NCBI GenBank assembly: GCA_023247415.1
Contig: JAHFGN010000001.1
Span: forward strand, 10,062-74,061
Length of the DNA stretch: 64,000 nucleotides
Reading direction: 5' to 3'
Origin: Candidatus Omnitrophota bacterium
GTDB taxonomy: Bacteria > Omnitrophota > Gorgyraeia > 2-01-FULL-45-10 > JAHFGN01
The notes beneath the pieces are model-generated. The model was given only the letters and a program-made list of their open reading frames with translations. It had not been told where the DNA came from and ran no database searches. A program made the translations under genes and the position numbers. Shown here piece after piece: positions 1 through 10,089 of this stretch. Position 1 is the first letter of the stretch, and each line of letters begins with the position of its first letter.

Positions 1-3000
1 TGGACGTCGTAAACGGCGTTCCTCTTTCTCCAATCGGCGCCGGCCGCGCAACCTCAAGCGAAACGCGGGATTCTACGACGGGAACGGAAAAGAAAGCCCC
101 AATCGCAACACATAAACGCGTTGAAAGGATCCGAGCGGCATTAAAGGAGTTCGGCGGCAGCGTGGGGTCCGCACAAGCAAAGGGCATTTTTAAAAAACAT
201 GGTCTATCGTGGGATGTGGAGAGAAAATTTGTTAAAGCGTTGCTCGCCGCGCAAGATAGATACAGGCCTCTTGGCGCGAGGCTCAAGCTGTCCGCACTGC
301 CATCAGAGCTCGCGGCAGGAGAGTGGCTTAAATCACTAAGCGGGCTTGAAACTAAGGATGCCCAATTGCGTAAAAAGGCTTCCAAAAAGTCGATTACGCC
401 ATCCAAGGAAGCGAAGGCGAAAGAGAAAGCGCTCGAAATCCTCGAGGCCCTAACCGTAAACAATGTCAACTCGATTATAGGCGAAATGCAAGAAGTGGAG
501 AAAATCGCAAATATAGGTCTGTCAGGGCTCCTATCCGAATATTTAGGTAAAGAGCTCAAACATATTTCCGAAAATGGACCATACGACCCGTATATAGATG
601 TCATGATACAGATTAAGGCCGGGTCATTCAATCCTTTTAACGAAAGAGATGTTGCGGCCCTGCTTGACCTTGTGAGGGGATTAGAATATTCAAAAGAATG
701 GCTCGATTCAACAACGAAAAAGGTAGCAGAGCTTAAGAAAGAGGTAAAAGATATTCGGAAAGCCCTGAAGGCGCCTGCGCTGTCAGTTGATGGCTATGTC
801 AGGCAAGAGGTAGAAAGGGACGATCTCAAAAAGAGAATTAACTTTTTGGAGACTTATCTGGAAACGCTTAAAAAAGGACCCGCATCCAAAGATGCCAGCC
901 GCGACAGCGCAAGCGGGGCGCGGGATTCTACGGCGGGGGGATTGGCCGAACAGCAGGAAGGAAATCGCGCGGACCTGGCGGCGCTGATAGGGGATTATTT
1001 TGAAGAAACGGGCACTACAGAATCAAGGTATATGGATGCGCTTATAGAAATAGCTTCTTCTATGTCTGGAAAACATCTAAATAATATCATTCGGTGCTTA
1101 GCAGACGAGAAACCGCGTGACTTAAATCAGCTTAGGCTGGAGAAAGTCTTGAGCAGCCCAACGCCTTTAGATAGCGCCATATTTAATACAGCTATCACTA
1201 TAATAAAACAAGCGATGTCTACGGCTGAGGATATCTCTGCTGAAATACGCAGACTCAGCAACGGAGATCAAGTTAGAATAAATAAATCGCAGGAATTAAG
1301 CAATAGAATTTTGAAATTGGCCTATGGAAGCAATCCGCAAAAGTTTATGTTATCAGAAGAATTTAAGGGTCTGGTAGACAAGCGCATTTCCGAGAAGAAG
1401 CAAGCGCACGGCAAAGAACGACTCGTGCATGAGCGCGGCACCACGAGCGGCACGGCGGATATATTGGATAAGGCCAAGGCGAATTTGAACGGCCCAAATA
1501 GCGGAATAGTGAATATATATCCGAATAGGGCTAAATTGGGCAAGGCCGAGGCGGAGGATGTCGCCTCTGAGCTGAGGCGGCTCATTAAGGAAAAAGGCAA
1601 AGCCGTTCTGGTCTTCGCCGCAGCGCCGTCGCAGAATGAATTTTTAGACGCGCTGGCGCAAGAGAAAGATATAGGCTGGTCCAAGGTGGTCGCGTTTCAT
1701 CTGGATGAGTATTTCGAACTTCAGCGCGGCCATAAGAATACATTCGAGGTATATCTCAATGACCGCCTCTTCAATAGACTGGCTGCAAAGCCCAAGGTCT
1801 ACTTTATAAAAGATTTGAGCGGCACGCCTGAAGAGATCTGCGCTAAATACGGTGAGCTCATTATGGAAGAAGGCGGGATAGATATAGCCTGCATCGGCGA
1901 AGGCGAGAACGCGCATATAGCGTTCAACGATCCAGGGGCGCTATTTTTTGATGACAAGTTGGTCAGGGTAGTTGCGATGGATGAGATGTGCAGACGCCAG
2001 CAATTCAGGGATTATGCGAACGACCCTGATCCTGAGAAACGTTATAAGACGCTGGAAGATGTGCCGCGCCGGGCCATCACATTGACCATTCCAGCAATCC
2101 TCTCTGCCGGCAGGATATTCTGCTCTGTGCCGGCAATCTCGAAGCAATATGCTGTTAGAAGCTCGATATTGGGGCCGGTTACTCACGCATATCCAGCCAG
2201 CCTATTGAAGAGGCATGAATATGTAAGGTACTATTTTGACAGGGACTCAAGCCTCCTGCTTGGCATGGATTTTGAGCAGGACAAGACCCTCAGCTTTACA
2301 ATCCCGCAGAAGACCAGGGTAGACCATAAGGTTATCGAGCGGTCTGTAAGGTTTGAAAATCTGCCCAGCGCGAAGAGAGTAGCAGTGATAGATTATGATG
2401 GTGAAGCCGCAGGCGGATGTTATGGTCTGATCAGGCGATTGCAATCGATGGGTAACGATGTTGTAATCTATGCGACAAATGGCCTCCCGGATCATATAAG
2501 AACTCTGCAGAACTCTCTTATATACTACAACCCGGAAGTCATCCTCTTTCCCGATAGAACGGACAAGCGGCCTGGGGTTAAGGCGATCGCCACTTTGGTA
2601 GATACTATAATGATAAGTAAGATTTGGGGAGGGAAGAAGGATCTGACACTTATCGAATATGAGACGAGCGGCGCGGCGCTTGGTAATAATCTGTTCCATA
2701 TACTCACAGAAGCCGCTTATACGATGAAGTCGTTTGCGATAAATGCCTATCAATCCCAGCTTAGAAGGCTGAGGTTTGACCTTGTTGCTGACGCGGCCAT
2801 GGCAGTCAATATGGCTAAATTGAGATCGCTGGGCGCAATTCCATATGACGCGGAGGGAGACTATGCGGAGGTCTTTGACCTCGTATATTTTAATAATGGG
2901 CAGCGCTCAAGACCCGACGGCGTAAAGGGATTGAGCAAATTAAATATGAAAAATGGCCATGCCGTCTCTTTATTGCCGCACTATGACGATGAGCTCTCCA

Positions 3001-6000
3001 TCGCCGGGTTAGTGAACGAATTTCTTAATAATGGATTTGACATCACGCCTCTGTATATGACGACAGGCCACCGCGCCGCTATTGTGGATAAGGATGGAAG
3101 GCCGGTTAGCGATAAAGAAGAAAGGGTTAGGATTAGAGAAGCTGAGGCGCTCGAGGCTAACAAGAGGCTCGGGATTAAGACATTGCCGCAATTCCTGCGA
3201 TTTGGTTTTTATGACAGACCACCAGATGCGGACGGAAATCGCGTGGTTAGCGATGAAGAGAAAAAAAGGGTATATGGATTGATCAAATCTGAGTACGCGG
3301 AATTCAAAAAAAGCGGCAAGAAAGAGTCCTTTGTAATATTCGCGCCTCAGGCCAACGATGCCCATCCTGACCATAGGGCGACGCACGATATCGGGACTCA
3401 GGCAGCGGAGAGGCTGTCGAAGGAAGAAAGCGCCAAGATAGCAGTAATATACTATAAAGGAGCGTGGGCTGAAAATTTCAATGCCTACAGCTATATGGAT
3501 GACAAGATTGTTGATGGGAAATTGGGCCAGCCGGTCATGCCAAGCAAAATGCGCGCAAGCCTATTTTCAGGGCTTTTAAACGCGCTCGTTGCGCCGGAAC
3601 TCGTTTCGCTAAAAGGCCACGGTTCAATGCCGCTTAAGCCGGAGCAGTTAGGCGGAGGTTCCGCGGAGAGGTTTAAAGTCACGTATGTAGAACCCAAAGG
3701 AAAAGTTGTTACGCCGAAGGAGGCGTTTATCTTCGTCGACCCCAGCCCGCGCGCGAACGCGAGCGGCACGGCGCCGAAAGGAAAAGAAGAATATTTCTCG
3801 GCAAGGTGTCTGAAGATGGGAGTCAACCCAGCGATTGCAAGCGAGCTCGTCGGATTTATTGAGCCGGAAGGACGTGTCATACTCTCTGATATGATCGCGG
3901 ATCTGAGAAGAAGACGTATAATAGCAGCTGACAGAGCGAATAACAATGACGGTGAGATTATAAAGACGGTGACAGGAAGCAGGACGTTCGGATTTGAAAC
4001 GGTTAAGGCCATCGTGTTCCTTTTGAATGAGAAAGGCCTTTTGACGCCGGTAATCCAAAAAGGCGATAAGAGAAAGTTGGAACTTATATCCACCCACTTT
4101 ATAATCAGCGACAGGCTGCGCAGGGACATGAAACCGCAAGAGAGATTTGACAGCGCGTATCGTATATTGCAGGTGCACAACCCTAAGCTGGCAGTAAAAT
4201 TGAATAGTCTGCGCGGTTTAATTGGCAAGTCCAGAGATTCGAAGATATTCGCGTCTTTGGACAGTTTAGGTCTAACACAGGATGAAAAGATGGTCCTGCT
4301 CCCGGCATTCAGCAATTTTTCCGGCGCGCGTAGCAGCGCGAACGGTGCGCTGATTGGAAGGGCGAGCCCCTATTTTATAGGTATGAGCATGGGCGGGACC
4401 AAGCTGACCGTGATGTTATATAGAATGATAGACGGAAAACCCGAGGCGCTTTACAGCAATAGCTTTATATGGAAGGACTTGCTGAAGCTGGATGACGAAA
4501 GGGATATAGCCGGTCCTAATAAAGATTTGGCAGACACCATCGTCTCAAGGATCGCTGAAATAGTGCGGGATATTCTCAAGACATATGAGCTGGGGATAAA
4601 TAATCTGAACAATATCGGCTGTACCTCGCCTGGGCCGCTCGATGCCGAAACAGGGGTTATCGGGACCGAGTGCAGGACATTCAATATGCCCTTCGATAAG
4701 TATCCGTTTGTGGCGCAGCTGAAAGAGGCGCTTGGGACAGAATTTGTCGATATAAGACATGATTCCCACGCGAGCCTCGAAGCGGAGACAGCATTTGGCG
4801 CGCTCTCTCGAGTCGCTAACGGCTATTACGTAATCCAGGGGACAGGCCTCGGCGGATCGCCGTCTGTGAATGAGAGATATTATACGGAGGTGCCGGAGCT
4901 GACAGAGCCCGGGCATCATATTGTAGGCGCGCCCGATCCATTAAGTCGAAATAAGAGGGGGTACCATTTCAGATTTATACAAAAATATGGCAAAGGCCAT
5001 CCTTATGAGGTGGTTGCAGAGCCGGATCCAAATAAGGAGTATCAGATTAAAGAAAAGGAGGCAGAAGAATTAATAGCATCCGGTAAATACCGAAAAGAAG
5101 ATTTCATCTGGACAATAGAGGGCGAAAAAGACTTCGAAGACATAGTTGCCGGCGTGGGCCTTATTCCCATGCTGAAAGATAAGAATAGGCTCGCTTCAAT
5201 GTTTGGCGGAAAAACAGCCGATTATTCAGGCATAAACGAGCCAAAAGACCTCTCGGAATTGGCTATAAATGGTTCTGAAAATGAAAAATATATAGCTCAG
5301 ATGATGATTATGTATATTGCAGAGCAGGTAGGCAGGGGTTTAGCGTCTCTCATAGCCGCTTCAAATAGGAAGGAATGGCAGCTGCGGAAGATTGTCATGG
5401 GCTCTACCATAGGTGAGAGATTGGGAATCGATTCCAAGGGCAAGATACTCTTGACGCGAGAAGGGAAGGACTTCTACTATTACCGGATCAATGAATGCGC
5501 GAAATTTGAACTTACCAGCGAATTTGGCTGGTCTGACGAGTCCGCGAATTTAATATCTATAGTGCGCTCGAACCTTACGCAGGCCGAGAGGGAGACAGCC
5601 GGATTCAACCGGCAGGAAGCGGAGACAGGCCGGGCAACTCCTAAAGAGCGAACTTCAACCTCAGGATTGAAACCGTCATATCAGGATGTCAAATCTATCG
5701 TTAAAAAAGGCAATAAGGAAGAAATAGCGGCTGTGTTGAAGCGCATCTTGACAGGTGGGGCATCCAGTGTAGACATTGAAGGCCTCTTTAAAGAGTTGAC
5801 GCCAGGCGAGGCCGGATTCCTCTTAAATATAATCATGACTACAACGGAGCTCACACCTCTAATCCCAGCGCGTATCCAACGGTCAGAGCGGATTCGAAAA
5901 GGGTTGGCAGCAATCAACGAAGTAGTTAAGAGTCCGGGGATGATAGCGCCTGCGCAGATAGCGGATTTAGTTAATCTATATCGAGATACCGGCGGCAAGA

Positions 6001-9000
6001 TACGCGTTTCAGGGGTTGAGGCCCAGCACCTCGTCCACTTCTATTCCACCTGTCCGACAGATGTGAAGAACGGACTGCTTAAAGACGCCCTCTTTAGAGA
6101 GTTATTCGCTATGGCCAACCTCGAATGGTTCTTCCTGAAATCCCCAAATCTGGACAGGCGCCATTACGAGGCTACAATAACTTTGGATGAGAATAATCCA
6201 TTAAAACCCGTAAAGGTAGAATACTGGCAGACGCAGGCGCAGGGGACGATGCAGGCGCCAGCGGCAAGATCAAAGGCTAATATCAACTATGGAAAAGGTG
6301 CTCATAACTACAAGGAGAATGGCGGAAAGACACCCTCACCTCAAGATATCAGCGAAAACGATCAGGTTAGCCGCCTTATAGCGTTCATAAATAACGCCGT
6401 GAGTACAGGAGAGGATCTGGGTCAGATATTGGATCACCCTGTCGCGACAGTGCGCGCTATGGGCCGAGGAGCATTTGGATACCACGAGGCTAAGACAGAG
6501 GCAGACAGTGCTGAAAAAATGGCAGATCAAGAATTATATGGATATCTTGCGAAGGTAGACAATCCCGCTGTGATAGGATCAGTACTCAAAAAAATAAGGA
6601 TGCCCATGATATCCGCGCAGAGAGACGTGTCTGAAGGCGGCTCCACATCGCCTGCGATGCGGGTTGCATACAGTAATGCTTATCTCGCCTTAGTCAAAAG
6701 GCGTGAAGAACTTCTTGGCAGACCTGGCTTGGAGTTAAATATAGCATGGAGCTTATATCTTTATAAGTTTAGCGTAAATAGTTACTGTAACAGATATACA
6801 GACGAGCAAAAGCAAGAGAGGATGAAAGAGGAAAAGGGACGCGCCGCAGTCAAGGATGATACGGTGGCAGTGTTCGGGGAGAATTATACACAAGAAGAGG
6901 CGCATAAACAAATAGATGCTGCAGAAGCGCTTGGATACCATGCTCTGATAATCTTTGATCCCAGGAATGGCCGCATAGTAGACTTCGGCCCAACTCAAAA
7001 AGAGATTATGCAGGTAAGTGGGTTGAAGATGCAGGCGCAAAGCGCTTTTTCTTCAACCGAGGAGCGAGACGAGATGATTGCCCTCATAGCCTTCTTAATA
7101 GACCCGACGAAACGCCTTGGTCTCGATAGCTACTCTTTGAAACCAGAATCGCCTGGCGCCATAGCTAATATAAGAGAATCCCTCAAAGCTCTTCTATCAA
7201 ATGACATAGATGCAGCGATTACAAGTTTAGGCAAGGGGATCGAGGCGTTGGAAGCGTGGATAAAGAATACTGCGGTTAACAAGCGGGGCAAAGAGGGAGA
7301 CGAGTTTATGCTTCCAATCGCAAAGCGTAGAAAACTGCAGCTTGAGAACTTCCTGCTGCTTAAGTCGACGCTTTCAACACACCCTGTGATCGGCATATTA
7401 AGCCGTGTCGCAGGTCTAAAAACCGAAGAGATTTTGAAATTTTGTATAAAGAGCGAAATCACATTAGATGATTTAAAACCAAACGGTATCCGGCTTGCCG
7501 CATTCTTAAAAGTGATCGCAGAGAACATGCACCATTTCTCCGGACTTAAAACGAGAGTTCGTTATTCACTCTGTCTTCCGCCAAACGGCAAAACCATATC
7601 CTTCTTAGAACTTCTATTCGGCGAATCGGATGAACGAAGCAGCTTAAAAGGGTTACGCGTTGAACGCGGAGATTCAGCTTGTAAGTATTTTATGGGTAGC
7701 GAGCCATTCCCAGGCAACGAGGCCAAATCCTTCTTGGGCGAAGAGCTGTATGAGGTGGGGGGGCTGGGCAACGCTATGGAAAGATTAAAGGCTATGCCGG
7801 ATGTCAATGACCCGTGGCTTTATATGAGAGCACCAGAAGAATGGAAGTCAGGCGACGTCGGCGCGCAGACTCATGCGGCAGGAATCAAAGGCCTCGATCG
7901 GCATGCAGCGCCGAATTTCGAAGAGGCGTTCGAGGCTCAGATTGAGGCGTTGAGCGGCTTATTGTCAGAATTTGATAGATCGGATTTTTTGCAAAGCCAT
8001 GATTGGGCAGTGCCAGCGGTAATCGCCATCCAAAGCGCATTATTGACCGCTGGATATAATACGAAAGAGCAGATCGATAGATTGGACGAATTACTACAGG
8101 ATGTATATAAGTTAAAGGGCCTACGATACAACTTATTATACAAATATATAATTATCGAGGCCCATGAAGCACTGTTAGGGGCAGGGCACAATCGCCAGGC
8201 ACAAATAGAGAAGTTTGAAAGCGTGCTGAAGGAAGTTACAGCTGACTACTCTGATACCATGATAGTGACCAGAATTCTAAGCGCGTTGATAAGGGGCCGT
8301 CACAATGTAGATGAGAACCACCGCAGGTTGATTGAGGTTGTGTCAGAAAAAGATAAGCCAGGCCCCAAATTTTTAGAGCTCATCTATGAAAGAATAACTA
8401 TGCGCGGCGCGCTGTTAGACGCTGGTTACAAACCAGAAGAGCAGATAAAGATTCTCCTCGAAGAGTTGTCGAAGGTCGACCAGCCAGCCTGGACGGATTT
8501 TAAAAGTGGAGAGATAATAAAAGCGAGAAATGCATTGTTGATGGCTGGTTATAAACCGGAAGAGCAGATCGCCAGATTGAGTGAGATATTGTCGCTGGTA
8601 AACGAGCCAAATCGGCGAAATGATTATATATTCGATATAATCGCCGTCCGCGGCGCTTTATTGCTCTATGCGGCCAAGGCGAAAGGCCGGCTTACCGAGC
8701 GCTTTAGTGCCAGCGGAGAGAACGGAGCGATTGCAGAAATTGCCGCGGTCGTGAAAGAGGCAGGTCTGGAAATTCCTACGCATCCGGGCGAGCGATATAC
8801 CCTGCTTCTGCCGTTTGAGTTTTTCGCCAACGGAGAGTTTGAGGCGCAAAAAGCTAATTATGGAGACAGGTTCAATATCAACAGGGCAAACGGCGCTGAT
8901 AACATCTTGGCGAAGGCAAGAGGCCTTGAGAATAGAACTATAGCCCTTGTGCCGAATGATATGCCCGAGGAAGGGCTCAAGAGGCTGGCAGATGCTGGTC

Positions 9001-9332
9001 TAAGATTTATAAGAACGGATATCGGGAAATTACAGGAGGCGAGAGCGGCCGGGGATAAAGATAGAAAGGCCTTCCAATTGAATACATATGTGATGATGCT
9101 CCTCGCAAGACATATCAAGGACGCCAATAGCGATTCGTCGATATACAAGGTATTGAGCTTTTATCTGAAGTCGCACTTCGAATTGGACAATATAGCGGTT
9201 GCCGATTATATTGAGGCCATAGTAAGCGGCGATATCGCGAGGTTGATCAAGGGTTACCTCTCATATAAACCTGCCGAACAATACCGCGTACCGGAATACG
9301 ACAAGGTCGCGGCAACATTGGTCGCGGCGTAA
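1..9332 (+). CDS. Giant modular protein 1 (5'-truncated, >3100 aa): unknown modules, NagB-like deaminase, two PIG-L deacetylase domains, ROK kinase, helical repeats, family C-terminal domain
   Basis: Frame is open from nt 3 (DVVNGVPLSPIGAGRATSSETRDSTTG...), so the start lies upstream of the window. NagB motifs FHLDEY and GGIDIACIGEGENAHIAFNDP (~1500-2260). PIG-L motifs PHYDDE (2976-2993) and HPDH. ROK motifs GMSMGGTK, SPGPLD, GTGLGG, EPGH (~4370-5610). Confidence 0.85.
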   Translation, partial: DVVNGVPLSPIGAGRATSSETRDSTTGTEKKAPIATHKRVERIRAALKEFGGSVGSAQAKGIFKKHGLSWDVERKFVKALLAAQDRYRPLGARLKLSALPSELAAGEWLKSLSGLETKDAQLRKKASKKSITPSKEAKAKEKALEILEALTVNNVNSIIGEMQEVEKIANIGLSGLLSEYLGKELKHISENGPYDPYIDVMIQIKAGSFNPFNERDVAALLDLVRGLEYSKEWLDSTTKKVAELKKEVKDIRKALKAPALSVDGYVRQEVERDDLKKRINFLETYLETLKKGPASKDASRDSASGARDSTAGGLAEQQEGNRADLAALIGDYFEETGTTESRYMDALIEIASSMSGKHLNNIIRCLADEKPRDLNQLRLEKVLSSPTPLDSAIFNTAITIIKQAMSTAEDISAEIRRLSNGDQVRINKSQELSNRILKLAYGSNPQKFMLSEEFKGLVDKRISEKKQAHGKERLVHERGTTSGTADILDKAKANLNGPNSGIVNIYPNRAKLGKAEAEDVASELRRLIKEKGKAVLVFAAAPSQNEFLDALAQEKDIGWSKVVAFHLDEYFELQRGHKNTFEVYLNDRLFNRLAAKPKVYFIKDLSGTPEEICAKYGELIMEEGGIDIACIGEGENAHIAFNDPGALFFDDKLVRVVAMDEMCRRQQFRDYANDPDPEKRYKTLEDVPRRAITLTIPAILSAGRIFCSVPAISKQYAVRSSILGPVTHAYPASLLKRHEYVRYYFDRDSSLLLGMDFEQDKTLSFTIPQKTRVDHKVIERSVRFENLPSAKRVAVIDYDGEAAGGCYGLIRRLQSMGNDVVIYATNGLPDHIRTLQNSLIYYNPEVILFPDRTDKRPGVKAIATLVDTIMISKIWGGKKDLTLIEYETSGAALGNNLFHILTEAAYTMKSFAINAYQSQLRRLRFDLVADAAMAVNMAKLRSLGAIPYDAEGDYAEVFDLVYFNNGQRSRPDGVKGLSKLNMKNGHAVSLLPHYDDELSIAGLVNEFLNNGFDITPLYMTTGHRAAIVDKDGRPVSDKEERVRIREAEALEANKRLGIKTLPQFLRFGFYDRPPDADGNRVVSDEEKKRVYGLIKSEYAEFKKSGKKESFVIFAPQANDAHPDHRATHDIGTQAAERLSKEESAKIAVIYYKGAWAENFNAYSYMDDKIVDGKLGQPVMPSKMRASLFSGLLNALVAPELVSLKGHGSMPLKPEQLGGGSAERFKVTYVEPKGKVVTPKEAFIFVDPSPRANASGTAPKGKEEYFSARCLKMGVNPAIASELVGFIEPEGRVILSDMIADLRRRRIIAADRANNNDGEIIKTVTGSRTFGFETVKAIVFLLNEKGLLTPVIQKGDKRKLELISTHFIISDRLRRDMKPQERFDSAYRILQVHNPKLAVKLNSLRGLIGKSRDSKIFASLDSLGLTQDEKMVLLPAFSNFSGARSSANGALIGRASPYFIGMSMGGTKLTVMLYRMIDGKPEALYSNSFIWKDLLKLDDERDIAGPNKDLADTIVSRIAEIVRDILKTYELGINNLNNIGCTSPGPLDAETGVIGTECRTFNMPFDKYPFVAQLKEALGTEFVDIRHDSHASLEAETAFGALSRVANGYYVIQGTGLGGSPSVNERYYTEVPELTEPGHHIVGAPDPLSRNKRGYHFRFIQKYGKGHPYEVVAEPDPNKEYQIKEKEAEELIASGKYRKEDFIWTIEGEKDFEDIVAGVGLIPMLKDKNRLASMFGGKTADYSGINEPKDLSELAINGSENEKYIAQMMIMYIAEQVGRGLASLIAASNRKEWQLRKIVMGSTIGERLGIDSKGKILLTREGKDFYYYRINECAKFELTSEFGWSDESANLISIVRSNLTQAERETAGFNRQEAETGRATPKERTSTSGLKPSYQDVKSIVKKGNKEEIAAVLKRILTGGASSVDIEGLFKELTPGEAGFLLNIIMTTTELTPLIPARIQRSERIRKGLAAINEVVKSPGMIAPAQIADLVNLYRDTGGKIRVSGVEAQHLVHFYSTCPTDVKNGLLKDALFRELFAMANLEWFFLKSPNLDRRHYEATITLDENNPLKPVKVEYWQTQAQGTMQAPAARSKANINYGKGAHNYKENGGKTPSPQDISENDQVSRLIAFINNAVSTGEDLGQILDHPVATVRAMGRGAFGYHEAKTEADSAEKMADQELYGYLAKVDNPAVIGSVLKKIRMPMISAQRDVSEGGSTSPAMRVAYSNAYLALVKRREELLGRPGLELNIAWSLYLYKFSVNSYCNRYTDEQKQERMKEEKGRAAVKDDTVAVFGENYTQEEAHKQIDAAEALGYHALIIFDPRNGRIVDFGPTQKEIMQVSGLKMQAQSAFSSTEERDEMIALIAFLIDPTKRLGLDSYSLKPESPGAIANIRESLKALLSNDIDAAITSLGKGIEALEAWIKNTAVNKRGKEGDEFMLPIAKRRKLQLENFLLLKSTLSTHPVIGILSRVAGLKTEEILKFCIKSEITLDDLKPNGIRLAAFLKVIAENMHHFSGLKTRVRYSLCLPPNGKTISFLELLFGESDERSSLKGLRVERGDSACKYFMGSEPFPGNEAKSFLGEELYEVGGLGNAMERLKAMPDVNDPWLYMRAPEEWKSGDVGAQTHAAGIKGLDRHAAPNFEEAFEAQIEALSGLLSEFDRSDFLQSHDWAVPAVIAIQSALLTAGYNTKEQIDRLDELLQDVYKLKGLRYNLLYKYIIIEAHEALLGAGHNRQAQIEKFESVLKEVTADYSDTMIVTRILSALIRGRHNVDENHRRLIEVVSEKDKPGPKFLELIYERITMRGALLDAGYKPEEQIKILLEELSKVDQPAWTDFKSGEIIKARNALLMAGYKPEEQIARLSEILSLVNEPNRRNDYIFDIIAVRGALLLYAAKAKGRLTERFSASGENGAIAEIAAVVKEAGLEIPTHPGERYTLLLPFEFFANGEFEAQKANYGDRFNINRANGADNILAKARGLENRTIALVPNDMPEEGLKRLADAGLRFIRTDIGKLQEARAAGDKDRKAFQLNTYVMMLLARHIKDANSDSSIYKVLSFYLKSHFELDNIAVADYIEAIVSGDIARLIKGYLSYKPAEQYRVPEYDKVAATLVAA

Positions 9333-9337
9333 TATAT

Positions 9338-9402
9338 AAAAAGGGGATAGGCTACTTTTTCTGGCTATACAGTATCTGGAAAAAGTAGCCTATCCCCTTT
9401 TT
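9338..9402. repeat. Hairpin repeat family C (24-bp perfect stem); probable terminator of giant gene 1
   Basis: AAAAAGGGGATAGGCTACTTTTTC (9338-9361) pairs with GAAAAAGTAGCCTATCCCCTTTTT (9379-9402). Related copy at 54684-54750. Confidence 0.8.
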
Positions 9403-9405
9403 CGC

Positions 9406-9434
9406 TTGACAATGGCGGGGTTATAGTGTAAACT
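9406..9434 (+). promoter_or_regulatory. Sigma70-type promoter for abiE pair
   Basis: TTGACA-17 bp-TAAACT upstream of ATG 9469. Confidence 0.6.
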
Positions 9435-9468
9435 TCTATTTCAGAAAGTCATAAATAATTATAATAAA

Positions 9469-10089
9469 ATGAAATACATTGAGTTGTATAAGAGGCTGGA
9501 GGATAGCAGGCTTTATATATTTTCGACTAAGGACTTATTCTGCCTTTTTCCGAAAGAAAAGGAAGGGACCCTGAAGCAGCAAATCCATTATTGGAAGAAG
9601 CGCAATTGGATCAGGGTTATGAAGAATGGACTTTATGAGATAATCTATCCGCAGGAGAGGAATATCCCGGATCTATTTTTGGCAAATAAACTATACAGCC
9701 CATCCTATGTTTCGTTAGAGACAGCGCTTTCTATTTACAATATAATCCCGGAAGTCGCTATGGGGGTCAGCTCTATTACCACTAAACCGACGAGGGAATT
9801 TAAAAATTACCATGGCCTTTTCAGATACAGAAGCGTGAGGACAAAGGCCTTTCTTGGATACAGGATTATAGAAGAAAATAGATTCAAAATTAAAATCGCG
9901 GATCCAGAGAAGGCGTTGGTAGATTACATCTATTTTAAACTCTACGACAGCGATAAAATCGATGTGGAAGAAGAACGCTTCGATCTGCCGGCGATTAGGA
10001 GGTTAAAAAAAGCGAGGCTCTATGATTACGCCTCATATTTTAACAAGTCAACGTATAGGACGGTGAGAAATATTTATGCTCACCTTTGA
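9469..10089 (+). CDS. Type IV toxin-antitoxin antitoxin, AbiEi-like
   Basis: N-terminal wHTH-like segment, YSPSYVSLETALSIYNIIPE and ADPEKALVD motifs, overlaps downstream nucleotidyltransferase. Confidence 0.8.
   Translation: MKYIELYKRLEDSRLYIFSTKDLFCLFPKEKEGTLKQQIHYWKKRNWIRVMKNGLYEIIYPQERNIPDLFLANKLYSPSYVSLETALSIYNIIPEVAMGVSSITTKPTREFKNYHGLFRYRSVRTKAFLGYRIIEENRFKIKIADPEKALVDYIYFKLYDSDKIDVEEERFDLPAIRRLKKARLYDYASYFNKSTYRTVRNIYAHL

Noticed and set aside
162-164. Track start of ORF 162..9332
   Set aside because: The frame is open from nt 3 with linker motifs upstream, so the real start is outside the window.
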